52,335 nt of DNA from Anaerolineales bacterium (GTDB taxonomy: Bacteria > Chloroflexota > Anaerolineae > Anaerolineales > E44-bin32): assembly GCA_004376465.1 (NCBI GenBank), contig SOJU01000252.1, forward strand, positions 1 through 52,335, in the 5' to 3' direction. Positions 8,511 to 17,026 of this stretch are shown here, in pieces (position 1 is the first letter of the stretch; every line of letters begins with the position of its first letter). Both the position numbers and the translations under genes were made by a program. The notes below the pieces were generated by a model. That model saw nothing but the letters and a program-made list of their open reading frames with translations, had not been told where the DNA came from and ran no database searches.

Positions 8511-9626
8511 ATGCCCGATCCTATTGAGGTCCTCGTACCGCTCTTGAACCCTAACGAACCTGAAGTTCAGGTGGCCAGGGTAAATGTTATTGAGGGGCAA
8601 AAGGTACAGGAGGGCGATCCGCTTTGCACGCTTGAGAGCACGAAGTCGGTCACAGAAGTGACCGCAGTTCGCGCGGGCTTTATCGTTGGCCTTGAATTTG
8701 CGGAAAGTGATCTACTAAGAGCGGGCGACAGATTGTGCTGGTTGGCGGATGATTCGAAATGGACGCCGCCCGAGATGAAGCCTTCACCGGCAGACGTCGA
8801 TGAAGGCGCGATACCCGACGGATTACGGATCACGAAACCCGGTTTACGCCTGGCGCGTGATCACGGGTTAGATCCTACTCGTTTGCCGAGAGAGACGCTG
8901 ATAACAGAATCTGTAGTGCGCCGGATACTGGCGCTGGAAGGCGGCGGAGAGATGGAATTACCAGAAGCGGATTTTAATGCTGGCGCGATCGTCGTTTACG
9001 GAGGCGGTGGTCATGGAAAATCGGTCATCGACCTGATCCGTGCTCTCGGCCAGTATCAAGTTGTGGGTGTGATTGACGACGGACTTAAGCGGGGGACCGA
9101 TGTAATGGGGGTTCCCGTAATCGGTGGAGGAGATCAACTCCCCCGGCTGGCAAAAGATGGAGTGAGGCTTGCCGTAAACGCTGTTGGTGGAATAGGGGAC
9201 ATCACCAGCCGGATCCAGATATTTCAAAGGTTGCTGGAAGCAGGGTTCGGCTTTCCGACCCTCATCCACCCCACCGCTTTTATCGAACCTACGGTGCAGC
9301 TTGGCCAGGGCGTGCAGGTCTTCCCGCATGCTTACATAGGAAGTGACACCGACGTTGGGTTTGGCACCATCATTAATACGGCAGCCATCGTTTCGCATGA
9401 TTGCCGCCTGGGAGCCTATGTCAACGTCGCTCCTGGAGCGCTGTTGGCGGGAGCGGTAACACTCGATGAAGGTGTGCTGATCGGGATGGGTGTGACGCTA
9501 AACCTGAATGTAACCGTCGGGTCAAAGGCACGCATCGGCAACAGCGCGGTCATAAAAGAGGATGTCCCCTCTGGAAAGATGATCCGGGCGGGGGATATCT
9601 GGCCTCAAGACTCAGAAGAATCATGA
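8511..9626 (+). CDS. Chimeric protein: lipoyl/biotinyl-attachment-like domain + peripheral-subunit (E3/E1)-binding domain + NeuD/PglD-family left-handed-beta-helix sugar acyltransferase
   Basis: Residues 1-80 look like a lipoyl barrel, with GDPLCTLESTKSVTEV (Lys45, codon 8643-8645) in the place of E-T-D-K-A. Residues 104-140 (LRITKPGLRLARDHGLDPTRL) match PSBD. Residues 158-371 match NeuD/PglD (IVVYGGGGHGKSVIDL, hexapeptide repeats, SHDCRLG catalytic His). Confidence 0.85.
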   Translation: MPDPIEVLVPLLNPNEPEVQVARVNVIEGQKVQEGDPLCTLESTKSVTEVTAVRAGFIVGLEFAESDLLRAGDRLCWLADDSKWTPPEMKPSPADVDEGAIPDGLRITKPGLRLARDHGLDPTRLPRETLITESVVRRILALEGGGEMELPEADFNAGAIVVYGGGGHGKSVIDLIRALGQYQVVGVIDDGLKRGTDVMGVPVIGGGDQLPRLAKDGVRLAVNAVGGIGDITSRIQIFQRLLEAGFGFPTLIHPTAFIEPTVQLGQGVQVFPHAYIGSDTDVGFGTIINTAAIVSHDCRLGAYVNVAPGALLAGAVTLDEGVLIGMGVTLNLNVTVGSKARIGNSAVIKEDVPSGKMIRAGDIWPQDSEES

Positions 9627-10855
9627 AATCCGAAAAAACTAATCAAACTAAGGGACAGGGAAACGCACCGTACCCTGTGGGGGAGAACATCCCGATGTCA
9701 TCCCCCGATATAACAAATCTAGAGCGCGAGGCGGTCGCGAAAGTGATGCAGACCCCGCGTCTGAGTATGGGGCCGGAAGTCGCGGCATTTGAAAAGGCTG
9801 TCTCTCGCTATGTGGGTGTGGAACACGCCATTGCAGTGAGTTCGGGCACGGCGGGGCTGCACCTCGCCGTCCGTGCGCTGGGGATCACTGACGGCGATTG
9901 GGTGATCACGACACCGTTTTCTTTTGTTGCCTCGACAAATGTTCTTCTTTATGAACGCGCCGTTCCCGTATTTGTTGATGTGGATCCTGAAACGGGCAAC
10001 ATCAACACGGACCTCATGGCCGAGGCGGCCGCGGATTTAATCGCCGGCGGAAAGAAGGCTTCACGCTGGCTGCCGCTCAAAGGAGCCGAACCTTCAGGTA
10101 GGCTGCGAGCCCTGTTGCCCGTCGATGTCTTCGGGCAACCGGCTGACTACGACCCGGTCCAAGCGATCTCCGACGAGCATAACTTGAGGGTTATTGAGGA
10201 TTCTTGCGAGGCGCTCGGTGCGCAATATAAGGGTCGTCAGACAGGGACGCTGGGGGATATCGGTGTGTTTGCGTTCTATCCCAATAAACAGATCACCACG
10301 GCCGAGGGCGCCATGGTCGTCACCGACAGGGTTGACGCCGCAGACCTCATTCGTGCGCTCAGGAATCAGGGTCGCGCACCCGGCGATAAGTGGCTGGATC
10401 ACACTCACCTTGGTTATAACTATCGCCTCGATGAGATGAGCGCTGCACTGGGACGCGTGCAAATGAGCCGTTTGGATGAGCTGTTGGAGAAGCGTGAGCG
10501 AGTTGCGGCGTGGTATCAAGCTCGACTGGCCGAGATGCCGGGGGTTGAACTGCTGCAAATTTCTCCTTCAACATCGAGGATGAGTTGGTTTGTGTATGTA
10601 GTACGCCTCGATGAGGGAATTGATCGCAAGAGAGTCACAGAGCAACTGGATGCGCAGGGTGTACCCACCCGCCCTTACTTCACACCGATTCATCTTCAAC
10701 GCTATATGACGGATCGTTTCGGTTACAAACCTGGGGATTACCCGGTGACAGAAGACCTCAGTCGGAGAAGCCTCGCATTACCCTTTTCTGGCACCTTGAG
10801 TGAAGCACAGGTGGAACGCGTCTGCGACTGTCTTGTGCAAGCGTTAAAATCCTAA
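9623..10855 (+). CDS. DegT/DnrJ/EryC1/StrS-family PLP-dependent sugar aminotransferase (PglE/WbpE-like)
   Basis: An ATGA overlap joins it to the upstream gene; the ATG at 9695 is an alternative start. Motifs AIAVSSGTAGLHLA, DVFGQPADYD and FYPNKQITTAEGAMV (PLP lysine) are present. Confidence 0.9.
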   Translation: MKSEKTNQTKGQGNAPYPVGENIPMSSPDITNLEREAVAKVMQTPRLSMGPEVAAFEKAVSRYVGVEHAIAVSSGTAGLHLAVRALGITDGDWVITTPFSFVASTNVLLYERAVPVFVDVDPETGNINTDLMAEAAADLIAGGKKASRWLPLKGAEPSGRLRALLPVDVFGQPADYDPVQAISDEHNLRVIEDSCEALGAQYKGRQTGTLGDIGVFAFYPNKQITTAEGAMVVTDRVDAADLIRALRNQGRAPGDKWLDHTHLGYNYRLDEMSAALGRVQMSRLDELLEKRERVAAWYQARLAEMPGVELLQISPSTSRMSWFVYVVRLDEGIDRKRVTEQLDAQGVPTRPYFTPIHLQRYMTDRFGYKPGDYPVTEDLSRRSLALPFSGTLSEAQVERVCDCLVQALKS

Positions 10856-10894
10856 AGCACGGCAAAGTGCAGGTAGGTAGGTTAATAAAAATGC

Positions 10895-10933
10895 TAAAGA
10901 GCTGTCTAATGACCTTGTTGGACAGCTCTTTAG
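10895..10933. terminator. Bidirectional intrinsic terminator between convergent genes
   Basis: CTAAAGAGCTGTC-(13 nt)-GACAGCTCTTTAG forms a perfect 13-bp stem. T-rich runs flank it on both strands. Confidence 0.6.
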
Positions 10934-11017
10934 TTTAAATCAGGTTTTCAAGTTCAAGCGGGATTAGATGCGTCTGATCTATCTCCAATCGTAGTTTATT
11001 CCTGACTCAGCCGCAAC

Positions 11018-11914
11018 TTAATCCTGCTCAACAACCAACATGGCTTTGGCGTAACGTCCGTGCAAATCGCCAACCCATTTGACAAGGTGCATGGTCGCCG
11101 TCCAAAGGAGGAGCCCTGCCAACACCACCAGAGGGTAACCCCATTGTGGTAGATAGTAGTATGTACTGCCAGTATCTATAACGGATATATTGAAAGCCTC
11201 TTGCAAGATAGGTATGGCAATGCCAGAAAGAGAAAAAGCGAAGAGTGTCACCAATACCACAAAGTAAATAGTGCCCAATACCAATTGCACAACCATGTAG
11301 AGGAAGGATAGCCAGGTATGCTTATCGATCACCAGCAACTTAATCCGCTCCAGCCATTTGATATTTTGTGGCGCAAATAGTGGACGCCGTGGCATCCGCA
11401 CGCCCAACAACGCCTCGACCAAACGCCCTTCTAGCCATGCCACGCCCCGGACTGATAAAAGGAATAGCAACATCATTGGCAGACCAATAATGAACAAGGC
11501 AAATGAAAGCGAGACAGATATCCCGGTCACTGCCCAAGTGAAGTAGATCACACCAGTCACAAAGGCGATCAACATATACAGCAACGCGCCCCAAGCCTTC
11601 GGGTCTGCGTAGACACCGAAGAAACGTCCCAGCCCAGTTCGCTGTTTTTTATTCACCGACCGAGCTAAACTAGGGGATGTGCGCCGCTCTACTTCCGCAT
11701 AAGCAGCGGCGGTCTCTTCGGGAGAACCATACTGCTCAATGATGGCAGGTAACGTGCTGGCGGCATCCATTTCAGGCTGACTTTCGCGTGCGGTCTCCAA
11801 GGCAGTGCGCAAGTGCTCTTCCGCATCAGTCAGGGCATCTTGCATGGTGGCACTATCAAAACCTTGCATTTCATTTTTAAGTGCATCGAGATATTCTTCA
11901 ACGGATCTATACAT
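11018..11914 (-). CDS. Membrane protein: N-terminal DUF1700/HAAS-like helical domain + multi-TM 'putative sensor' domain
   Basis: The N-terminal EEYLDALKNEM...DALTDAEEHL is typical of PadR-associated DUF1700. The C-terminal part has two repeated TM-hairpin units followed by EGRLVEALLG, as seen in actinobacterial sensor N-termini. It overlaps padR by 8 nt. Confidence 0.7.
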   Translation of the reverse strand: MYRSVEEYLDALKNEMQGFDSATMQDALTDAEEHLRTALETARESQPEMDAASTLPAIIEQYGSPEETAAAYAEVERRTSPSLARSVNKKQRTGLGRFFGVYADPKAWGALLYMLIAFVTGVIYFTWAVTGISVSLSFALFIIGLPMMLLFLLSVRGVAWLEGRLVEALLGVRMPRRPLFAPQNIKWLERIKLLVIDKHTWLSFLYMVVQLVLGTIYFVVLVTLFAFSLSGIAIPILQEAFNISVIDTGSTYYYLPQWGYPLVVLAGLLLWTATMHLVKWVGDLHGRYAKAMLVVEQD

Positions 11915-12275
11915 CGCTCTCTCCTTCTAGGATATTATCTACAAAACTTTTCATCTGACTCCAAATCTCGGTCCAGCGAGTGAGCGTTTCGCGGCCATCA
12001 CCAGTAATGGTGTAATAGCGGCGCGGCGGCCCAGAGACCGAAGGTTCAACATTGCTGGAAAGAAGACCGTTCTTTTCCAGCGAACGCAGCACAGGATATA
12101 AGGCTCCCTGCTTCATCGCCAGGGCATCCTGCCGGTTTTCGTCCAGCAATTTGGCGATTTGATACCCATACATCGGACCTTCGCTCTGAGACAGCACACT
12201 TAATAAAACCAGAGAAGCCGTGCCCGAGTTCATCTCTTTTTGGAATTTTTTGGTTGGCATATGTTGATCAACCAC
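11907..12275 (-). CDS. PadR-family winged-helix transcriptional regulator
   Basis: LVLLSVLSQSEGPMYGYQIAKLL...GALYPVLRSLEKNGLL...RRYYTITGDG is the canonical PadR signature. The GTG start has GGAG 5 nt upstream. Confidence 0.9.
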   Translation of the reverse strand: MVDQHMPTKKFQKEMNSGTASLVLLSVLSQSEGPMYGYQIAKLLDENRQDALAMKQGALYPVLRSLEKNGLLSSNVEPSVSGPPRRYYTITGDGRETLTRWTEIWSQMKSFVDNILEGESDV

Positions 12276-12350
12276 GAGAGCTCCTTTCTTTTATAAGCAT
12301 CATCAAGTAACGGATATAACACACTGCGCAGTATTATTAACTACATAATA

Positions 12351-12365
12351 CTAGTAATTTACTAG
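12351..12365. promoter_or_regulatory. Perfect 7-1-7 palindrome, candidate PadR operator
   Basis: CTAGTAA-T-TTACTAG lies about 76-90 nt upstream of the padR start, in an AT-rich stretch. Confidence 0.35.
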
Positions 12366-12730
12366 GTTGTCAAGCCCTTTTAAACTAAGGCCCCCCGTTC
12401 TGGGGGACTTGGTGAAGATCATCAAGCTGTGCAAGGAATCGATCTCTTATATGACAAGGAGACTGATCATGTCGGACTGCACCTGTCCCACTACATGTGC
12501 AGGTCGCCTTCCCGCAGTGATAGCGTGAAATTGCACGTGGTTTGTTAAGGTCACTTGGCGTAAAAATACCCTCAATGGTGGTGACAATAAGTTTCGCCGT
12601 CTTGAACGCCAGAGGCAGGCTGGGGTCATCCTTCCCTGTCTCGATAGCAGCGATCGTTGGAGCGAGACAACCAGTTCTTCAGCCAATTAGGACTGGGACC
12701 AGTTCCGTTCTGCAAGCAAGATTATTAATT

Positions 12731-12765
12731 AAAACAAAAGAGACTGACTTTTTGGGCCAGTCCCT
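12731..12765 (-). terminator. Intrinsic terminator after the Pro/Thr-linker protein gene
   Basis: On the minus strand, AGGGACTGGC-(7 nt)-GTCAGTCTCT forms a 10-bp stem with two G-U pairs. It is followed by TTTGTTTT and sits 27 nt after the stop. Confidence 0.6.
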
Positions 12766-12791
12766 TATGTTTTATCAATATCTCTTGAGGA

Positions 12792-13517
12792 TTATTGTTC
12801 CCGTACTTGACGCCAGTTCACCATTACGAAGTTCTCGTTACATTCTGTGGATGTGCTGAAGAATACCTGGTCTGAGAGAGGAGAACCGCTCCCGTCGTGA
12901 ACGTAGACCCAGATGGTGTCGACGCTGCCAATTGGGTGATCTCCCAGATTGAATACGTAACCTGAAGGTCCGATGTCCGGCGCGCTTCCGGTGATTGTGT
13001 CAAGATCGAGTGGGTTGCCTTCCAATTCGCCCTCAAGATGGATGCCAAGATTTACAATCGGTTGGTTCTCCATGTTAAACACCTGCCCGCCAACGCCCAT
13101 CCAGTCGCAACCATCGTCATTGGCAATGTTAGGAATTTGAACGGGATTTCCAGGTTGCAGCGCGAACGGTGGAGGTAGCTGCGTTCCAGTTGGAACTGGG
13201 GTAGGGGTATCCGTAGGCACCGGAGTCGGTGTGTTTGTCGGCTCGGGAGTGGTTGACGGTGTCGGCGTCCAGATATCTGGAAGTGGCACAGCAGGTGTAT
13301 GTGTCGCCGTGGGCTGGCCGAGACGCGCCGGCACAGTCGGTGGTGGAAACGGATTGTAGAAGAAACCAACATCGATGTAGGGGTTCACGAAAAGGGCTGC
13401 CGCAGCCGCACCAGCACCGAGAATCGCGATCAACACCATGAAGGTCAATAGATTAAAAAAGATACTCCCGATCCTACTGGGGCGTTTCCGGCGTACTGTT
13501 TGGAAATTCTCATCCAT
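12792..13517 (-). CDS. Membrane-anchored hypothetical protein with Pro/Thr-rich linker and small C-terminal extracytoplasmic domain
   Basis: It has an N-terminal basic tail and a single TM (IFFNLLTFMVLIAILGAGAAAAALF). A PT-rich linker (TPTPSTTPEPTNTPTPVPTDTPTPVPT) follows. The 120-aa C-terminal domain contains two Cys. Confidence 0.7.
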   Translation of the reverse strand: MDENFQTVRRKRPSRIGSIFFNLLTFMVLIAILGAGAAAAALFVNPYIDVGFFYNPFPPPTVPARLGQPTATHTPAVPLPDIWTPTPSTTPEPTNTPTPVPTDTPTPVPTGTQLPPPFALQPGNPVQIPNIANDDGCDWMGVGGQVFNMENQPIVNLGIHLEGELEGNPLDLDTITGSAPDIGPSGYVFNLGDHPIGSVDTIWVYVHDGSGSPLSDQVFFSTSTECNENFVMVNWRQVREQ

Positions 13518-13540
13518 GGTCTTCTTCTCCTGCCTAACCC

Positions 13541-14470
13541 TTATTGCGTTATGAAGGTTTGAATATCAGCGGACACGCGCTCCGTCGATAGCCAACTCTC
13601 AACTGAGCGCTCACCAAGTGCTTGTCTAACGCTGTACGCTAACAGCCGGTCTTCACGTTCTATGATTTCTAGGATGTGGTATCCAATTTCGCTCTTGACA
13701 ACCGTGCTGATCTCTCCTGGTTGAAGGGAGAAAGCAGCCGTTTCCACCTCGGGCCACAACAAGAAGCCCTTGGGAAACCATCCCAGGTCGCCGCCTGCAG
13801 GTCTTGTGCTGGAATCGATGGAGTATTGTCGAGCAAGGGTGTCAAAGTCAGCTCCGTCTTGAAGGTCTGCTCGCAATCCATCTGCCTCAGCCTCGGAGGC
13901 GACCAGGATATGCCGGGCGTGCACCTGATCGGTGATATCGGGCACCTGACCTGCAAGATAAGCCACCATCCAGGCGGCTTCGATCTCCTCGGCCAATGCT
14001 GTCCGCAGAGTCTCCTGGGTGTAGCCGTTTAGCTCCATCCACAACTTGAATTCCCCCCCATCCTCGGCGCTTTCGATCATTAGATTCAACCTATCATCGA
14101 TCTCGGTTTGTTCGACATTAAAACCGTTCGCCTTTGCACCCTGCGCGAGAAGCACTAAATCGATCATGCTGTCGAGCAGTTCGCTTTGGTATGCGCCCAA
14201 GGTTGCAAGGTCTATGCCAGAATCGGTTTTCGAATATTCAAAGCGAATAATTTCGAGATCGAAGCGCTCAAGCAGAATTCCTTCGCCATTCACGCTCGCA
14301 GCGAGAGGTTCGGGCGTTGGCGTCGGGGGCGCTGGAGTAACTGTGGGAGGGTCCGGGGAAGGATTGAGTATGGGTAGGGCGATTCGCCCGCACCCTGCTG
14401 CACCCAGCAGACCTATGGAGAGTGCGACGAGCGCTTTGCGGTGAACCATGACGAAAGGCATTATACCCAC
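13541..14470 (-). CDS. Peptidyl-prolyl cis-trans isomerase, PpiC/parvulin type with SurA-like N-domain (lipoprotein)
   Basis: A lipobox-like LLGAAGCG is present. The parvulin motifs are HARHILV ... GGDLGWFPKG ... GYHILEI. Confidence 0.85.
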   Translation of the reverse strand: MGIMPFVMVHRKALVALSIGLLGAAGCGRIALPILNPSPDPPTVTPAPPTPTPEPLAASVNGEGILLERFDLEIIRFEYSKTDSGIDLATLGAYQSELLDSMIDLVLLAQGAKANGFNVEQTEIDDRLNLMIESAEDGGEFKLWMELNGYTQETLRTALAEEIEAAWMVAYLAGQVPDITDQVHARHILVASEAEADGLRADLQDGADFDTLARQYSIDSSTRPAGGDLGWFPKGFLLWPEVETAAFSLQPGEISTVVKSEIGYHILEIIEREDRLLAYSVRQALGERSVESWLSTERVSADIQTFITQ

Positions 14471-14507
14471 CCATCAATCCCGTGCAATGGACGAGTCTAT
14501 GTTTTTC

Positions 14508-16151
14508 TCACCCGTTTCTTGATATGAAGGCGAAGACCATCGGTTTGCGCTTGGTTTCCGTGAAGAAGAAGCGGGAAAGCTCATTTTCAATACGGTCTTC
14601 CAGGCCTTCACCAGGATCTTTCTTGGTGACTTTTAATACAAGTTCGCGCGCTTCGTCGAAAAGGTCCACTGCCTCGCGCACGAAAACGAATCCCTTTGAG
14701 ACAATCTCCGGCTCGCCAACAACGCGATTCCGGTCACTGTCTAGATTGACATGGATGATAACGAGACCTTCGCGTGCCAATGCCTCGCGCTCGCGCATGA
14801 CTTTCGGACCGATGTCACCCACACCACTCCCGTCGACGAAGATATACCCGCCCGGAACGCGTTCACCGATCTTCATTTCTCCGTCAGAGAATTCGATCAC
14901 GGTTCCATTCTGCACTACCGCGATCCGCTCCTTAGGGATGCCGATCTCGCGGGCTAGAGCGGCGTGTTGTTTTAGATGCCGCAGCTCGCCGTGGATGGGA
15001 ATGAGGTGCTTGGGTTTAACCAACTGCATGAGGAGCTTCATCTCATCCTGGTTGGCGTGACCCGATACGTGCACGGGCAGGATTGGATCATAGATCACTT
15101 CCGCGCCGCGGTCGAAGAGGCGATTGATTGTCCGATGAACCCCTTCCTCGTTCCCTGGTATCGGCGTTGAAGAGAGAACGATCGTATCCCCTGGGATGAG
15201 ATCGAATTGACGATTGCTCCCGTTTGAGAGACGACCCAAGATGGAGGATGGCTCGCCCTGTGTACCTGTACACATGAGAGCGACCTTCGAAGGTTTCATC
15301 TTTAGGGCTTGATCCAGGGGGACGACAAGACCGTCCGGAAGATCAAGATATCCCAGCTCGCGAGCCATTTTTGAGTTGTCGACCATGCTCCTTCCGACGA
15401 ATGCGAGTGACCGGCCATGCCTATGTGCGGCGTTTGCAACTTGCTGCATTCGCGAGATCAGGGAGGCGAATGAGCCAATTAATATTCGTCCTTTCGCCTG
15501 GAGGAATACCTGATCGAAAGCCGGGTCAATTACGGTTTCGGAGGGGGTCCAGCCTGGTTCGTCGGCATTGGTGGAATCGGCCATCAGGGCGAGGACGCCC
15601 CGTGCGCCTAATTCCGCTAGTTTACCGAAGTCCGGGGGCCAGCCATCTACCGGCGTATGATCGAATTTGTAATCACCCGAATGAACGATCAAACCCGCGG
15701 GCGTCGTAATCCCCAGTCCGACCCCATCGGGGATGGAATGGCAGACGTGAAAAAACTCAATTTTAAAGGGGCCAAGCTGCAATTCATCTCCGGCCGAGAT
15801 GGTGTTAAGCTGTGCTTTCTCGAGCAACCCGCTCCGGCGGAGCTTCACCTCTAACAAGCCGCGGGTGAGTTTTGTGGCGTAAATCGGAACGTTGAATTCT
15901 TCGATAACGTGCCGAATTGCTCCGGTGTGATCTTCGTGACCATGTGTAATGATGATCCCGCGTATTTTGCTCTTCTTGTCTTCCAAATATTTGAAATCTG
16001 GGATGATGTAATCGATCCCTAACATGTCGTTCTCTGGAAACATGATGCCCGAATCGATGATGAGGATATTATCCCCATATTCAATCGACATCATGTTCTT
16101 ACCTACTTCCCCTAATCCTCCCAGGGGAACAATTCTCAATAACTTACTCAT
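14508..16151 (-). CDS. rnj: Ribonuclease J
   Basis: The N-terminal LRIVPLGGLGEVGKNM and the MBL motif ITHGHEDHTGA are present. The beta-CASP and C-terminal domains give the right length (547 aa). Confidence 0.95.
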   Translation of the reverse strand: MSKLLRIVPLGGLGEVGKNMMSIEYGDNILIIDSGIMFPENDMLGIDYIIPDFKYLEDKKSKIRGIIITHGHEDHTGAIRHVIEEFNVPIYATKLTRGLLEVKLRRSGLLEKAQLNTISAGDELQLGPFKIEFFHVCHSIPDGVGLGITTPAGLIVHSGDYKFDHTPVDGWPPDFGKLAELGARGVLALMADSTNADEPGWTPSETVIDPAFDQVFLQAKGRILIGSFASLISRMQQVANAAHRHGRSLAFVGRSMVDNSKMARELGYLDLPDGLVVPLDQALKMKPSKVALMCTGTQGEPSSILGRLSNGSNRQFDLIPGDTIVLSSTPIPGNEEGVHRTINRLFDRGAEVIYDPILPVHVSGHANQDEMKLLMQLVKPKHLIPIHGELRHLKQHAALAREIGIPKERIAVVQNGTVIEFSDGEMKIGERVPGGYIFVDGSGVGDIGPKVMREREALAREGLVIIHVNLDSDRNRVVGEPEIVSKGFVFVREAVDLFDEARELVLKVTKKDPGEGLEDRIENELSRFFFTETKRKPMVFAFISRNG

Positions 16152-16256
16152 ACGTATTACATCCTTTTCACTTTGATAAGTGGTTGTTTAATAAAATAAA
16201 TCCCGTCGGGCATCGAGCCTGGCGGGGTGTGAGCCATAACCAAGCATATTGGGGGG

Positions 16257-16475
16257 TCAATTCAAGCGAGTGACATCGGTGGCTTGGAAGCCGCGAACCG
16301 TGTTCTCGAGATAGAAAGCGACCTTCTCGCCCTTGTTTAGTAATTGAAATCCCTCACCGGCGATGTCGCGATAGTATACGAAAACATCTTCCCCATCACG
16401 GGCATCGATATACCCGTACCCCTTGGATCCGTCAAAAGACCGTACGATTCCGGTTGTCCGTTTTGTCACGTACAT
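16257..16475 (-). CDS. Cold-shock domain protein
   Basis: I trimmed the start to the ATG at 16475. GIVRSFDGSKGYGYI (RNP1-like) and DVFVYY (RNP2-like) are present. The SD GGAGG directly abuts the ATG, so the start is slightly uncertain. Confidence 0.8.
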   Translation of the reverse strand: MYVTKRTTGIVRSFDGSKGYGYIDARDGEDVFVYYRDIAGEGFQLLNKGEKVAFYLENTVRGFQATDVTRLN

Positions 16476-16711
16476 CCTCCAAGCAAGCGTGAATTCTATC
16501 ATACAGGCTATCCACTGGTCAATCAGTCTCGTAATTAATAGGGTACCAGAACAAACCTCTGGCGATTGCACGAAAACGGCCTGTCTCCCTGTAGAGATTT
16601 GCAATAATCCATCAATGAAGCCTATTTAAGAGGGAAAGCGGACCGAACAATCCTGAGCCCGACCCGCTTCGCTTGACCGGGTCTCCTCACAGGGATATAC
16701 TGCGTGCTAAC

Positions 16712-16961
16712 AATCGATTATGGGCGAAGGTGGTCTGTTGCCCGGAAGCACAGACCGCCAAGGGGAAGCCGGTGACCGAAGATTGAAACTCGGAAGTCCG
16801 GCGCTGTCCCGCAACTGTAAGAATGGGTTCATCCCATTCAAGCCAGGATACCCGCCTTCGCCCGATGTTCTCAGCTCCTTCGCGGAAAGGATGGGTTGCT
16901 TATGACTGCTCCAACTTGAGGCCTTCCCGATAATCTCGCAGGGGAAGGTCGATTTCTTTTC
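16712..16961 (+). promoter_or_regulatory. Cobalamin (B12) riboswitch with terminator-type expression platform
   Basis: The core is AAGGGGAAGCCGGTGA...TCCGGCGCTGTCCCGCAACTGTAAG. The B12 box is AAGCCAGGATACCCGCC (16840-16856). A hairpin GCCTTCCC-(13 nt)-GGGAAGGTC followed by GATTTCTTTT sits at 16921-16961, upstream of a BtuF-like gene. Confidence 0.85.
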
Positions 16962-17026
16962 ATTAAACGTCATCCATATACTGAAACAGGTGCCGTGCAC
17001 CGGCGCGACCGAGAGAGGAAATTAAG

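Noticed and set aside
12447-12859. ORFs 12447-12686 (-) and 12542-12859 (+) in the padR upstream gap.
   Set aside because: They overlap each other and the terminator and 3' end of the neighbouring gene. Their composition is Arg/Leu/Ser-rich, and they have no SD.
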